From: Mayamaea pseudoterrestris
Taxonomy: Eukaryota
Assembly (NCBI GenBank): GCA_027923505.1
Contig: BROI01000020.1
Coordinates: 1-64,000, forward strand
DNA length: 64,000 bases
Direction of reading: 5' to 3'
Shown: one piece after another, positions 27,001 to 39,805 of the stretch
Layout of the letters: every line of letters starts with the position of its first letter
Position numbering within the stretch: the stretch's first letter is position 1
Made by a program: the position numbers and the translations under genes
Notes under the pieces: generated by a model
Told to the model about the DNA's origin: nothing
The model's input: only the letters and a program-made list of their open reading frames with translations
Databases searched by the model: none

Positions 27001-30000
27001 AGACTGCATCCTGTCAATGGCATACCCTGGACATGTTTGGCCTGATCATTGGGTATGCTTGGGTGGCCAGGGCATGGGGCGTTTGACAGGACAGAATCGA
27101 CAACTTGTGGTGGCCATACCACAGTGGAGGCCGTCACCCATGTTTTCAGCCTCAGGCGATCTTTGCACCATTTTGAGACTCTGCCTGTCAATGGCCTACC
27201 CTGGACATGTTTTGCCTGACTCATTGTTTTGGGTGTAGGGCATGGGGCGTTTGACAGGGAAGAATCTGCAACTTGTGGTGTTGGCCATACCCAAGTGGAA
27301 GCGTACCCATAGGTGTCAACCTCAGGCAGTCCTTTTGCAACATTTGAGACCATGCACCTTTCAATGGCATACCTGGACATGTTTCCTGACTCATGTATTT
27401 GGGTGGCCAGGGCATGGGGGGCGTTTTGACAGGAATCTGCAACTTGCAGTTACGTATTGCTCACCATTTGAGACTATGCACCTGTCAATGGCATACCCTG
27501 GACTGTTTGGCCTGACTCATTGGGTTTGGGTGGCCAGGGCATGCGTTTGACAGATCCAGAATCTGAAGCAACTTGTGGTGTTGGCCATACCCACGTGAAA
27601 CCGTACCCATGGTGTCAGCCTCAGCAGTCCTTTCACCATTTGAGGACTCTGCACCTGTCAATGGCATACCCTGGACATTTGCCTGACTCATTGGAGTATT
27701 TGGGTGGCCAGCATGGCTTTGACGGAGTCAGAATCGACACTTGTGTGTTGGCCAACCGTGGAGCCGTACCCCATGGTGTCACCTCAGCAGTCCTTTTTGC
27801 ACCATTTGAGACTATGCACCTGTCAATGGCATACCCTGGACATGTTTGGCCTGACTCATCGGGTATTTGGGTGGCCAGGGCATGGGGCGTTTGACAGGTC
27901 AGAATCGACAACTTGTGGTGTTGGCCATACCCACCGTGGAGGCCGTACCCATGGTGTCAGCCTCCAGGCAGTCCTTTTTGCACCATTTGAGACTCTGCAC
28001 CTGTCAATGGCATACCCTGGACATGTTTGGCCTGACTCATTGGGTATTTGGGTGGCCAGGGCATGGGGCGTTTGACAGGTCAGAATCAACAACTTGTGGT
28101 GTTGGCCATACCCACCGTGGAGGCCGTACCCATGGTGTCAGCCTCCAGGCAGTCCTTTTTGCACCATTTGAGACTCTGCACCTGTCAATGGCATACCCTG
28201 GACATGTTTGGCCTGACTCATTGGGTATTTGGGTGGCCAGGGCATGGGGCGTTTGACAGGTCAGAATCGACAACTTGTGGTGTTGGCCATACCCACCGTG
28301 GAGGCCGTACCCCATGGTGTCAGCCTCAAGGCAGTCCTTTTGCACCATTTGAGACTCTGCACCTGTCAATGGCATACCCTGGACATGTTTGGCCTGACTC
28401 ATTGGGTATTTGGGTGGCCAGGGCATGGGGCGTTTGACAGGTCAGAATCGACAACTTGTGGTGTTGGCCATACCCACCGTGGAGGCCGTACCCATGGTGT
28501 CAGCCTCCAGGCAGTCCTGGTTGCACCATTTGAGACTGTGCACCTGTCAATGGCATACCCTGGACATGTTTGGCCTGACTCATTGGGTATTTGGGTGGCC
28601 AGGGCATGGGGCGGTTGACAGGTCAGAATCGACAACTTGTGGTGTTGGCCATACCCACCGTGGAGGCCGTACCCATGGTGTCAGCCTCCAGGCAGTCTAT
28701 TTGAGACTCTGCACCTGTCAATGGCATACCCTGGACATGTTTGGCCTGACTCATTGGGTATTTGGGTGGCCAGGGCATGGGGCGTTTGACAGGTCAGAAT
28801 CGACAACTTGTGGTGTTGGCCATACCCACCGTGGAGGCCGTACCCATGGTGTCAGCCTCTAGGCAGTCCTTTTTGCACCATTTGAGACTCTGCACCTGTC
28901 AATGGCATACCCTGGACATGTTTGGCCTGACTCATTGGGTATTTGGGTGGCCAGGGCATGGGGCGTTTGACAGGTCAGAATCGACAACTTGTGGTGTTGG
29001 CCATACCCACCGTGGAGGCCGTACCCATGGTGTCAGCCTCCAGGCAGTCTATTTGAGACTCTGCACCTGTCAATGGCATACCCTGGACATGTTTGGCCTG
29101 ACTCATTGGGTATTTGGGTGGCCAGGGCATGGGGCGTTTGACAGGTCAGAATCGACAACTTGTGGTGTTGGCCATACCCACCGTGGAGGCCGTACCCATG
29201 GTGTCAGCCTCCAGGCAGTCCTTTTTGCACCATTTGAGACTATGCACCTGTCAATGGCATACCCTGGACATGTTTGGCCTGACTCATTGGGTATTTGGGT
29301 GGCCAGGGCATGGGGCGTTTGACAGGTCAGAATCGACAACTTGTGGTGTTGGCCATACCCACCGTGGAGGCCGTACCCATGGTGTCAGCCTCCAGACAGT
29401 CCTTTTTGCACCATTTGAGACTCTGCACCTGTCAATGGCATACCCTGGACATGTTTGGCCTGACTCATTGGGTATTTGGGTGGCCAGGGCATGGGGCGTT
29501 TGACAGGTCAGAATCGACAACTTGTGGTGTTGGCCATACCCACCGTGGAGGCCGTACCCATGGTGTCAGCCTCCAGGCAGTCCTTTTTGCACCATTTGAG
29601 ACTCTGCACCTGTCAATGGCATACCCTGGACATGTTTGGCCTGACTCATTGGGTATTTGGGTGGCCAGGGCATGGGGCGTTTGACAGGTCAGAATCGACA
29701 ACTTGTGGTGTTGGCCATACCCCCCGTGGAGGCCGTACCCATGGTGTCAGCCTCCAGGCAGTCCTTTTTGCACCATTTGAGACTCTGCACCTGTCAATGG
29801 CATACCCTGGACATGTTTGGCCTGACTCATTGGGTATTTGGGTGGCCAGGGCATGGGGCGTTTGACAGGTCAGAATCGACAACTTGTGGTGTTGGCCATA
29901 CCCACCGTGGAGGCCGTACCCATGGTGTCAGCCTCCAGGCAGTCCTTTTTGCACCATTTGAGACTCTGCACCTGTCAATGGCATACCCTGGACATGTTTG

Positions 30001-33000
30001 GCCTGACTCATTGGGTATTTGGGTGGCCAGGGCATGGGGCGTTTGACAGGTCAGAATCGACAACTTGTGGTGTTGGCCATACCCACCGTGGAGGCCGTAC
30101 CCATGGTGTCAGCCTCCAGGCAGTCCTTTTTGCACCATTTGAGACTCTGCACCTGTCAATGGCATACCCTGGACATGTTTGGCCTGACTCATTGGGTATT
30201 TGGGTGGCCAGGGCATGGGGCGTTTGACAGGTCAGAATCGACAACTTGTGGTGTTGGCCATACCCACCGTGGAGGCCGTACCCATGGTGTCAGCCTCCAG
30301 GCAGTCCTTTTTTGCACCATTTGAGACTCTGCACCTGTCAATGGCATACCCTGGACATGTTTGGCCTGACTCATTGGGTATTTGGGTGGCCAGGGCATGG
30401 GGCGTTTGACAGGTCAGAATCGACAACTTGTGGTGTTGGCCATACCCACCGTGGAGGCCGTACCCATGGTGTCAGCCTCCAGGCAGTCCTTTTTGCACCA
30501 TTTGAGACTCTGCACCTGTCAATGGCATACCCTGGACATGTTTGGCCTGACTCATTGGGTATTTGGGTGGCCAGGGCATGGGGCGTTTGACAGGTCAGAA
30601 TCGACAACTTGTGGTGTTGGCCATACCCACCGTGGAGGCCGTACCCATGGTGTCAGCCTCCAGGCAGTCCTTTTTGCACCATTTGAGACTCTGCACCTGT
30701 CAATGGCATACCCTGGACATGTTTGGCCTGACTCATTGGGTATTTGGGTGGCCAGGGCATGGGGCGTTTGACAGGTCAGAATCGACAACTTGTGGTGTTG
30801 GCCATACCCACCGTGGAGGCCGTACCCATGGTGTCAGCCTCCAGGCAGTCCTTTTTGCACCATTTGAGACTATGCACCTGTCAATGGCATACCCTGGACA
30901 TGTTTGGCCTGACTCATTGGGTATTTGGGTGGCCAGGGCATGGGGCGTTTGACAGGTCAGAATCGACAACTTGTGGTGTTGGCCATACCCACCGTGGAGG
31001 CCGTACCCATGGTGTCAGCCTCCAGGCAGTCCTTTTGCACCATTTGAGACTCTGCACCTGTCAATGGCATACCCTGGACATGTTTGGCCTGACTCATTGG
31101 GTATTTGGGTGGCCAGGGCATGGGGCGTTTGACAGGTCAGAATCGACAACTTGTGGTGTTGGCCATACCCACCGTGGAGGCCGTACCCATGGTGTCAGCC
31201 TCCAGGCAGTCCTTTTGCACCATTTGAGACTCTGCACCTGTCAATGGCATACCCTGGACATGTTTGGCCTGACTCATTGGGTATTTGGGTGGCCAGGGCA
31301 TGGGGCGTTTGACAGGTCAGAATCGACAACTTGTGGTGTTGGCCATACCCACCGTGGAGGCCGTACCCATGGTGTCAGCCTCCAGGCAGTCCTTTTTGCA
31401 CCATTTGAGACTCTGCACCTGTCAATGGCATACCCTGGACATGTTTGGCCTGACTCATTGGGTATTTGGGTGGCCAGGGCATGGGGCGTTTGACAGGTCA
31501 GAATCGACAACTTGTGGTGTTGGCCATACCCACCGTGGAGGCCGTACCCATGGTGTCAGCCTCCAGGCAGTCCTTTTTGCACCATTTGAGACTCTGCACC
31601 TGTCAATGGCATACCCTGGACATGTTTGGCCTGACTCATTGGGTATTTGGGTGGCCAGGGCATGGGGCGTTTGACAGGTCAGAATCGACAACTTGTGGTG
31701 TTGGCCATACCCACCGTGGAGGCCGTACCCATGGTGTCAGCCTCCAGGCAGTCCTTTTTGCACCATTTGAGACTCTGCACCTGTCAATGGCATACCCTGG
31801 ACATGTTTGGCCTGACTCATTGGGTATTTGGGTGGCCAGGGCATGGGGCGTTTGACAGGTCAGAATCGACAACTTGTGGTGTTGGCCATACCCACCGTGG
31901 AGGCCGTACCCATGGTGTCAGCCTCCAGGCAGTCCTTTTTGCACCATTTGAGACTATGCACCTGTCAATGGCATACCCTGGACATGTTTGGCCTGACTCA
32001 TTGGGTATTTGGGTGGCCAGGGCATGGGGGCGTTTGACAGGTCAGAATCGACAACTTGTGGTGTTGGCCATACCCACCGTGGAGGCCGGTGAGCCTCGGC
32101 AGTCCTTTTGCACCATTTGAGACTCTGCACCTGTCAAGGCATACCTCACGGTATTGGGGGCAGCCAGGGGCGTGCAGGTAGAATCGACAACTTGTGGTGT
32201 TGGCCATACCCACCGTGGAGGCCGTACCCATGGTGTCAGCCTCCAGGCAGTCCTTTTGCACCATTTGAGACTCTGCACCTGTCAATGGCATACCCTGGAC
32301 ATGTTTGGCCTGACTCATTGGGTATTTGGGTGGCCAGGGCATGGGGCGTTTGACAGGTCAGAATCGACAACTTGTGGTGTTGGCCATACCCACCGTGGAG
32401 GCCGTACCCATGGTGTCAGCCTCAGGCAGTCCTTTTTGCACCATTTGAGACTCTGCACCTGTCAATGGCATACCCTGGACATGTTTGGCCTGACTCATTG
32501 GGTATTTGGGTGGCCAGGGCATGGGGCGTTTGACAGGTCAGAATCGACAACTTGTGGTGTTGGCCATACCCACCGTGGAGGCCGTACCCATGGTGTCAGC
32601 CTCCAGGCAGTCCTTTTTGCACCATTTGAGACTCTGCACCTGTCAATGGCATACCCTGGACATGTTTTGCCTGACTCATTGGGTATTTGGGTGGCCAGGG
32701 CATGGGGCGTTTGACAGGTCAGAATCAACAACTTGTGGTGTTGGCCATACCCACCGTGGAGGCCGTACCCATGGTGTCAGCCTCCAGGCAGTCCTTTTTG
32801 CACCATTTGAGACTCTGCACCTGTCAATGGCATACCCTGGACATGTTTGGCCTGACTCATTGGGTATTTGGGTGGCCAGGGCATGGGGCGTTTGACAGGT
32901 CAGAATCGACAACTTGTGGTGTTGGCCATACCCACCGTGGAGGCCGTACCCATGGTGTCAGCCTCCAGGCAGTCCTTTTGCACCATTTGAGACTCTGCAC

Positions 33001-36000
33001 CTGTCAATGGCATACCCTGGACATGTTTGGCCTGACTCATTGGGTATTTGGGTGGCCAGGGCATGGGGCGTTTGACAGGTCAGAATCGACAACTTGTGGT
33101 GTTGGCCATACCCACCGTGGAGGCCGTACCCATGGTGTCAGCCTCCAGGCAGTCCTTTTGCACCATTTGAGACTCTGCACCTGTCAATGGCATACCCTGG
33201 ACATGTTTGGCCTGACTCATTGGGTATTTGGGTGGCCAGGGCATGGGGCGTTTGACAGGTCAGAATCGACAACTTGTGGTGTTGGCCATACCCACCGTGG
33301 AGGCCGTACCCATGGTGTCAGCCTCCAGGCAGTCCTTTTTGCACCATTTGAGACTCTGCACCTGTCAATGGCATACCCTGGACATGTTTGGCCTGACTCA
33401 TTGGGTATTTGGGTGGCCAGGGCATGGGGCGTTTGACAGGTCAGAATCGACAACTTGTGGTGTTGGCCATACCCACCGTGGAGGCCGTACCCATGGTGTC
33501 AGCCTCCAGGCAGTCCTTTTGCACCATTTGAGACTCTGCACCTGTCAATGGCATACCCTGGACATGTTTGGCCTGACTCATTGGGTATTTGGGTGGCCAG
33601 GGCATGGGGCGTTTGACAGGTCAGAATCGACAACTTGTGGTGTTGGCCATACCCACCGTGGAGGCCGTACCCATGGTGTCAGCCTCCAGGCAGTCCTTTT
33701 TGCACCATTTGAGACTCTGCACCTGTCAATGGCATACCCTGGACATGTTTGGCCTGACTCATTGGGTATTTGGGTGGCCAGGGCATGGGGCGTTTGACAG
33801 GTCAGAATCGACAACTTGTGGTGTTGGCCATACCCACCGTGGAGGCCGTACCCATGGTGTCAGCCTCCAGGCAGTCCTTTTTGCACCATTTGAGACTCTG
33901 CACCTGTCAATGGCATACCCTGGACATGTTTGGCCTGACTCATTGGGTATTTGGGTGGCCAGGGCATGGGGCGTTTGACAGGTCAGAATCGACAACTTGT
34001 GGTGTTGGCCATACCCACCGTGGAGGCCGTACCCATGGTGTCAGCCTCCAGGCAGTCCTTTTGCACCATTTGAGACTCTGCACCTGTCAATGGCATACCC
34101 TGGACATGTTTGGCCTGACTCATTGGGTATTTGGGTGGCCAGGGCATGGGGCGTTTGACAGGTCAGAATCGACAACTTGTGGTGTTGGCCATACCCACCG
34201 TGGAGGCCGTACCCATGGTGTCAGCCTCCAGGCAGTCCTTTTTGCACCATTTGAGACTCTGCACCTGTCAATGGCATACCCTGGACATGTTTTGCCTGAC
34301 TCATTGGGTATTTGGGTGGCCAGGGCATGCTAGGGCATGGGGCGTTTTTACTCTCACCTGTATGTCATTGTTGGCGGGTGTTGACAGGTCAGAATCGACA
34401 ACTTGTGGTGTTGGCCATACCCACCGTGGAGGCCGTACCCATGGTGTCAGCCTCCAGGCAGTCCTTTTTGCACCATTTGAGACTCTGCACCTGTCAATGG
34501 CATACCCTGGACATGTTTGGCCTGACTCATTGGGTATTTGGGTGGCCAGGGCATGGGGCGTTTGACAGGTCAGAATCGACAACTTGTGGTGTTGGCCATA
34601 CCCACCGTGGAGGCCGTACCCATGGTGTCAGCCTCCAGGCAGTCCTTTTTGCACCATTTGAGACTCTGCACCTGTCAATGGCATACCCTGGACATGTTTG
34701 GCCTGACTCATTGGGTATTTGGGTGGCCAGGGCATGGGGCGTTTGACAGGTCAGAATCGACAACTTGTGGTGTTGGCCATACCCACTGTGGAAGCCGTAC
34801 CCATGGTGTCAGCCTCCAGGCAGTCCTTTTTGCACCATTTGAGACTCTGCACCTGTCAATGGCATACCCTGGACATGTTTGGCCCGACTCATTGGGTATT
34901 TGGGTGGCCAGGGCATGGGGCGTTTGACAGGTCAGAATCGACAACTTGTGGTGTTGGCCATACCCACCGTGGAGGCCGTACCCATGGTGTCAGCCTCCAG
35001 GCAGTCCTTTTTGCACCATTTGAGACTCTGCACCTGTCAATGGCATACCCTGGACATGTTTGGCCTGCATTATTGGGTATTTGGGTGGCCAGGGCATGGG
35101 GCGTTTGACAGGTCAGAATCGACAACTTGTGGTGTTGGCCATACCCACCGTGGAGGCCGTACCCATGGTGTCAGCCTCCAGGCAGTCCTTTTTGCACCAT
35201 TTGAGACTCTGCACCTGTCAATGGCATACCCTGGACATGTTTGGCCTGACTCATTGGGTATTTGGGTGGCCAGGGCATGGGGCGTTTGACAGGTCAGAAT
35301 CGACAACTTGTGGTGTTGGCCATACCCACCGTGGAGGCCGTACCCATGGTGTCAGCCTCCAGGCAGTCCTTTTGCACCATTTGAGACTCTGCACCTGTCA
35401 ATGGCATACCCTGGACATGTTTGGCCTGACTCATTGGGTATTTGGGTGGCCAGGGCATGGGGCGTTTGACAGGTCAGAATCGACAACTTGTGGTGTTGGC
35501 CATACCCACCGTGGAGGCCGTACCCATGGTGTCAGCCTCCAGGCAGTCCTTTTGCACCATTTGAGACTCTGCACCTGTCAATGGCATACCCTGGACATGT
35601 TTGGCCTGACTCATTGGGTATTTGGGTGGCCAGGGCATGGGGCGTTTGACAGGTCAGAATCGACAACTTGTGGTGTTGGCCATACCCACCGTGGAGGCCG
35701 TACCCATGGTGTCAGCCTCCAGGCAGTCCTTTTTGCACCATTTGAGACTATGCACCTGTCAATGGCATACCCTGGACATGTTTGGCCTGACTCATTGGGT
35801 ATTTGGGTGGCCAGGGCATGGGGCGTTTGACAGGTCAGAATCGACAACTTGCGGTGTTGGCCATACCCACCGTGGAGGCCGTACCCATGGTGTCAGCCTC
35901 CAGGCAGTCCTTTTTGCACCATTTGAGACTCTGCACCTGTCAATGGCATACCCTGGACATGTTTGGCCTGACTCATTGGGTATTTGGGTGGCCAGGGCAT

Positions 36001-39000
36001 GGGGCGTTTGACAGGTCAGAATCGACAACTTGTGGTGTTGGCCATACCCACCGTGGAGGCCGTACCCATGGTGTCAGCCTCCAGGCAGTCCTTTTTGCAC
36101 CATTTGAGACTCTGCACCTGTCAATGGCATACCCTGGACATGTTTGGCCTGACTCATTGGGTATTTGGGTGGCCAGGGCATGGGGCGTTTGACAGGTCAG
36201 AATCGACAACTTGTGGTGTTGGCCATACCCACCGTGGAGGCCGTACCCATGGTGTCAGCCTCCAGGCAGTCCTTTTGCACCATTTGAGACTCTGCACCTG
36301 TCAATGGCATACCCTGGACATGTTTGGCCTGACTCATTGGGTATTTGGGTGGCCAGGGCATGGGGCGTTTGACAGGTCAGAATCGACAACTTGTGGTGTT
36401 GGCCATACCCACCGTGGAGGCCGTACCCATGGTGTCAGCCTCCAGGCAGTCCTTTTTGCACCATTTGAGACTATGCACCTGTCAATGGCATACCCTGGAC
36501 ATGTTTGGCCTGACTCATTGGGTATTTGGGTGGCCAGGGCATGGGGCGTTTGACAGGTCAGAATCGACAACTTGTGGTGTTGGCCATACCCACCGTGGAG
36601 GCCGTACCCATGGTGTCAGCCTCAGGCAGTCCTTTTTGCACCATTTGAGACTCTGCACCTGTCAATGGCATACCCTGGACATGTTTGGCCTGACTCATTG
36701 GGTATTTGGGTGGCCAGGGCATGGGGCGTTTGACAGGTCAGAATCGGCAACTTGTGGTGTTGGCCATACCCACCGTGGAGGCCGTACCCATGGTGTCAGC
36801 CTCCAGGCAGTCCTTTTTGCACCATTTGAGACTCTGCACCTGTCAATGGCATACCCTGGACATGTTTGGCCTGACTCATTGGGTATTTGGGTGGCCAGGG
36901 CATGGGGCGTTTGACAGGTCAGAATCGACAACTTGTGGTGTTGGCCATACCCACCGTGGAGGCCGTACCCATGGTGTCAGCCTCCAGGCAGTCCTTTTTG
37001 CACCATTTGAGACTCTGCACCTGTCAATGGCATACCCTGGACATGTTTGGCCTGACTCATTGGGTATTTGGGTGGCCAGGGCATGGGGCGTTTGACAGGT
37101 CAGAATCGACAACTTGTGGTGTTGGCCATACCCACCGTGGAGGCCGTACCCATGGTGTCAGCCTCCAGGCAGTCCTTTTTGCACCATTTGAGACTATGCA
37201 CCTGTCAATGGCATACCCTGGACATGTTTGGCCTGACTCATTGGGTATTTGGGTGGCCAGGGCATGGGGCGTTTGACAGGTCAGAATCGACAACTTGTGG
37301 TGTTGGCCATACCCACCGTGGAGGCCGTACCCATGGTGTCAGCCTCCAGGCAGTCCTTTTTGCACCATTTGAGACTATGCACCTGTCAATGGCATACCCT
37401 GGACATGTTTGGCCTGACTCATTGGGTATTTGGGTGGCCAGGGCATGGGGCGTTTGACAGGTCAGAATCGACAACTTGTGGTGTTGGCCATACCCACCGT
37501 GGAGGCCGTACCCATGGTGTCAGCCTCCAGGCAGTCCTTTTTGCACCATTTGAGACTCTGCACCTGTCAATGGCATACCCTGGACATGTTTGGCCTGACT
37601 CATTGGGTATTTGGGTGGCCAGGGCATGGGGCGTTTGACAGGTCAGAATCGACAACTTGTGGTGTTGGCCATACCCACCGTGGAGGCCGTACCCATGGTG
37701 TCAGCCTCCAGGCAGTCCTTTTGCACCATTTGAGACTCTGCACCTGTCAATGGCATACCCTGGACATGTTTGGCCTGACTCATTGGGTATTTGGGTGGCC
37801 AGGGCATGGGGCGTTTGACAGGTCAGAATCGACAACTTGTGGTGTTGGCCATACCCACCGTGGAGGCCGTACCCATGGTGTCAGCCTCCAGGCAGTCCTT
37901 TTTGCACCATTTGAGACTCTGCACCTGTCAATGGCATACCCTGGACATGTTTGGCCTGACTCATTGGGTATTTGGGTGGCCAGGGCATGGGGCGTTTGAC
38001 AGGTCAGAATCGACAACTTGTGGTGTTGGCCATACCCACCGTGGAGGCCGTACCCATGGTGTCAGCCTCCAGGCAGTCCTTTTTGCACCATTTGAGACTA
38101 TGCACCTGTCAATGGCATACCCTGGACATGTTTGGCCTGACTCATTGGGTATTTGGGTGGCCAGGGCATGGGGCGTTTGACAGGTCAGAATCGACAACTT
38201 GTGGTGTTGGCCATACCCACCGTGGAGGCCGTACCCATGGTGTCAGCCTCCAGGCAGTCCTTTTTGCACCATTTGAGACTCTGCACCTGTCAATGGCATA
38301 CCCTGGACATGTTTGGCCTGACTCATCGGGTATTTGGGTGGCCAGGGCATGGGGCGTTTGACAGGTCAGAATCGACAACTTGTGGTGTTGGCCATACCCA
38401 CCGTGGAGGCCGTACCCATGGTGTCAGCCTCCAGGCAGTCCTTTTTGCACCATTTGAGACTCTGCACCTGTCAATGGCATACCCTGGACATGTTTGGCCT
38501 GACTCATTGGGTATTTGGGTGGCCAGGGCATGGGGCGTTTGACAGGTCAGAATCGACAACTTGTGGTGTTGGCCATACCCACCGTGGAGGCCGTACCCAT
38601 GGTGTCAGCCTCCAGGCAGTCCTTTTTGCACCATTTGAGACTATGCACCTGTCAATGGCATACCCTGGACATGTTTGGCCTGACTCATTGGGTATTTGGG
38701 TGGCCAGAGCATGGGGCGTTTGACAGGTCAGAATCGACAACTTGTGGTGTTGGCCATACCCACCGTGGAGGCCGTACCCATGGTGTCAGCCTCCAGGCAG
38801 TCCTTTTTGCACCATTTGAGACTATGCACCTGTCAATGGCATTCCCTGGACATGTTTTGCCTGACTCATCGGGTATTTGGGTGGCCAGGGCATGGGGCGT
38901 TTGACAGGTCAGAATCGACAACTTGTGGTGTTGGCCATACCCACCGTGGAGGCCGTACCCATGGTGTCAGCCTCCAGGCAGTCCTTTTTGCACCATTTGA

Positions 39001-39392
39001 GACTCTGCACCTGTCAATGGCATACCCTGGACATGTTTGGCCTGACTCATTGGGTATTTGGGTGGCCAGGGCATGGGGCGTTTGACAGGTCAGAATCGAC
39101 AACTTGTGGTGTTGGCCATACCCACCGTGGAGGCCGTACCCATGGTGTCAGCCTCCAGGCAGTCCTTTTTGCACCATTTGAGACTATGCACCTGTCAATG
39201 GCATACCCTGGACATGTTTGGCCTGACTCATTGGGTATTTGGGTGGCCAGGGCATGGGGCGTTTGACAGGTCAGAATCGACAACTTGTGGTGTTGGCCAT
39301 ACCCACCGTGGAGGCCGTACCCCATGGTGTCAGCCTCCAGGCAGTCCTTTTTGCACCATTTGAGACTCTGCACCTGTCAATGGCATACCCTG
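1..39392. repeat. 181-bp tandem satellite array, about 220 head-to-tail copies, continuing past the left window edge
   Basis: The monomer CTGGACATGTTTGGCCTGACTCATTGGG...CACCTGTCAATGGCATACC recurs with a 181-bp period, and identical ORFs recur every 181 bp. Hand count gives 100/181 G+C. The last satellite bases are ...GGCATACCCTG at 39392. Confidence 0.99.
247..10220. repeat. 4987-bp tandem duplication inside the satellite (copies 247-5233 and 5234-10220)
   Basis: Eight variant monomers recur at an offset of exactly 4987 (ORF pairs 575/5562, 1299/6286, 2023/7010, 3290/8277, 3651/8638, 3832/8819, 4555/9542, 4736/9723). The out-of-register junction CACCTG|AGAATCG is at 5233/5234. Confidence 0.9.
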
Positions 39393-39698
39393 AGTCGAAG
39401 TTGAAGGTGTATCCTACCTTCCTACCGAGGTGCAAGCACCTCTCTTACTATATGTGTAAGTTGACGCCCCAACGGCATCGTGGACGAGCAATCGTGATGC
39501 CCACGATGGGCGAGCGAGGTAAATCAATAGCAGTTAATTAAATCCTCTCAGTTAATCACCAACGCCTTCGTTGTTGTAGCAGTTGCAATTACTCGAGTCC
39601 TTTGCTCTTGTTGTTGCTCTTAATAACAGTCTCCATTCAACCTATTGAGTGAGAAGCATTTGCTAGTGCAGCCATTGCTGTCGCTGGAAATCTTCACT
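39393..39698 (+). repeat. 5' LTR (306 bp), AGTCGAAG...CTTCACT
   Basis: By eye it is identical to 47381-47687 except one indel (CATTCAACCTA vs CATTCAATCCTA). The PBS follows immediately. Confidence 0.95.
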
Positions 39699-39710
39699 GG
39701 TTACGAGCCC
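39699..39710 (+). promoter_or_regulatory. Primer-binding site GGTTACGAGCCC, half-tRNA-iMet type
   Basis: It abuts the 5' LTR. It matches the complement of an initiator tRNA-Met anticodon arm (GGTTATG[A/G]GCCC, as in Drosophila copia) with one mismatch, rather than a tRNA 3' CCA end. Confidence 0.75.
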
Positions 39711-39805
39711 CACGGTTCTTCTGCAGTCGTCGTCTTGCCAAGGGAGTGCACGCCCAAGCAAGCAACTAAGACAGAAGCCAAAGCTTTAATCACACTCGAG
39801 TTACC

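Noticed and set aside
17250..27800. Apparently ancient, diverged satellite core
   Set aside because: The changes are mostly scattered short deletions and homopolymer shortening that are not shared between neighbouring monomers, and near-perfect copies flank the region. This is typical of unpolished noisy long-read sequence. Read-level support would be needed to call it biological.
32090..34385. Short scrambled patches (~32090-32180) and a ~45-bp insertion (~34330-34380)
   Set aside because: Each occurs once and resembles garbled satellite sequence, most likely base-calling noise.
1..39392. CRISPR array
   Set aside because: There are no unique spacers and no cas genes, and the context is eukaryotic.
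39391..39392. Canonical TG start for the 5' LTR
   Set aside because: These bases continue the satellite (ATACCCTG), and the 3' LTR has AG from the PPT at the equivalent position.
1..39541. Hundreds of 60-307 aa ORFs in the array
   Set aside because: They are by-products of a stop-poor 181-bp unit (not a multiple of 3) cycling through frames. They have no domains, and their lengths change with single poly-T indels.
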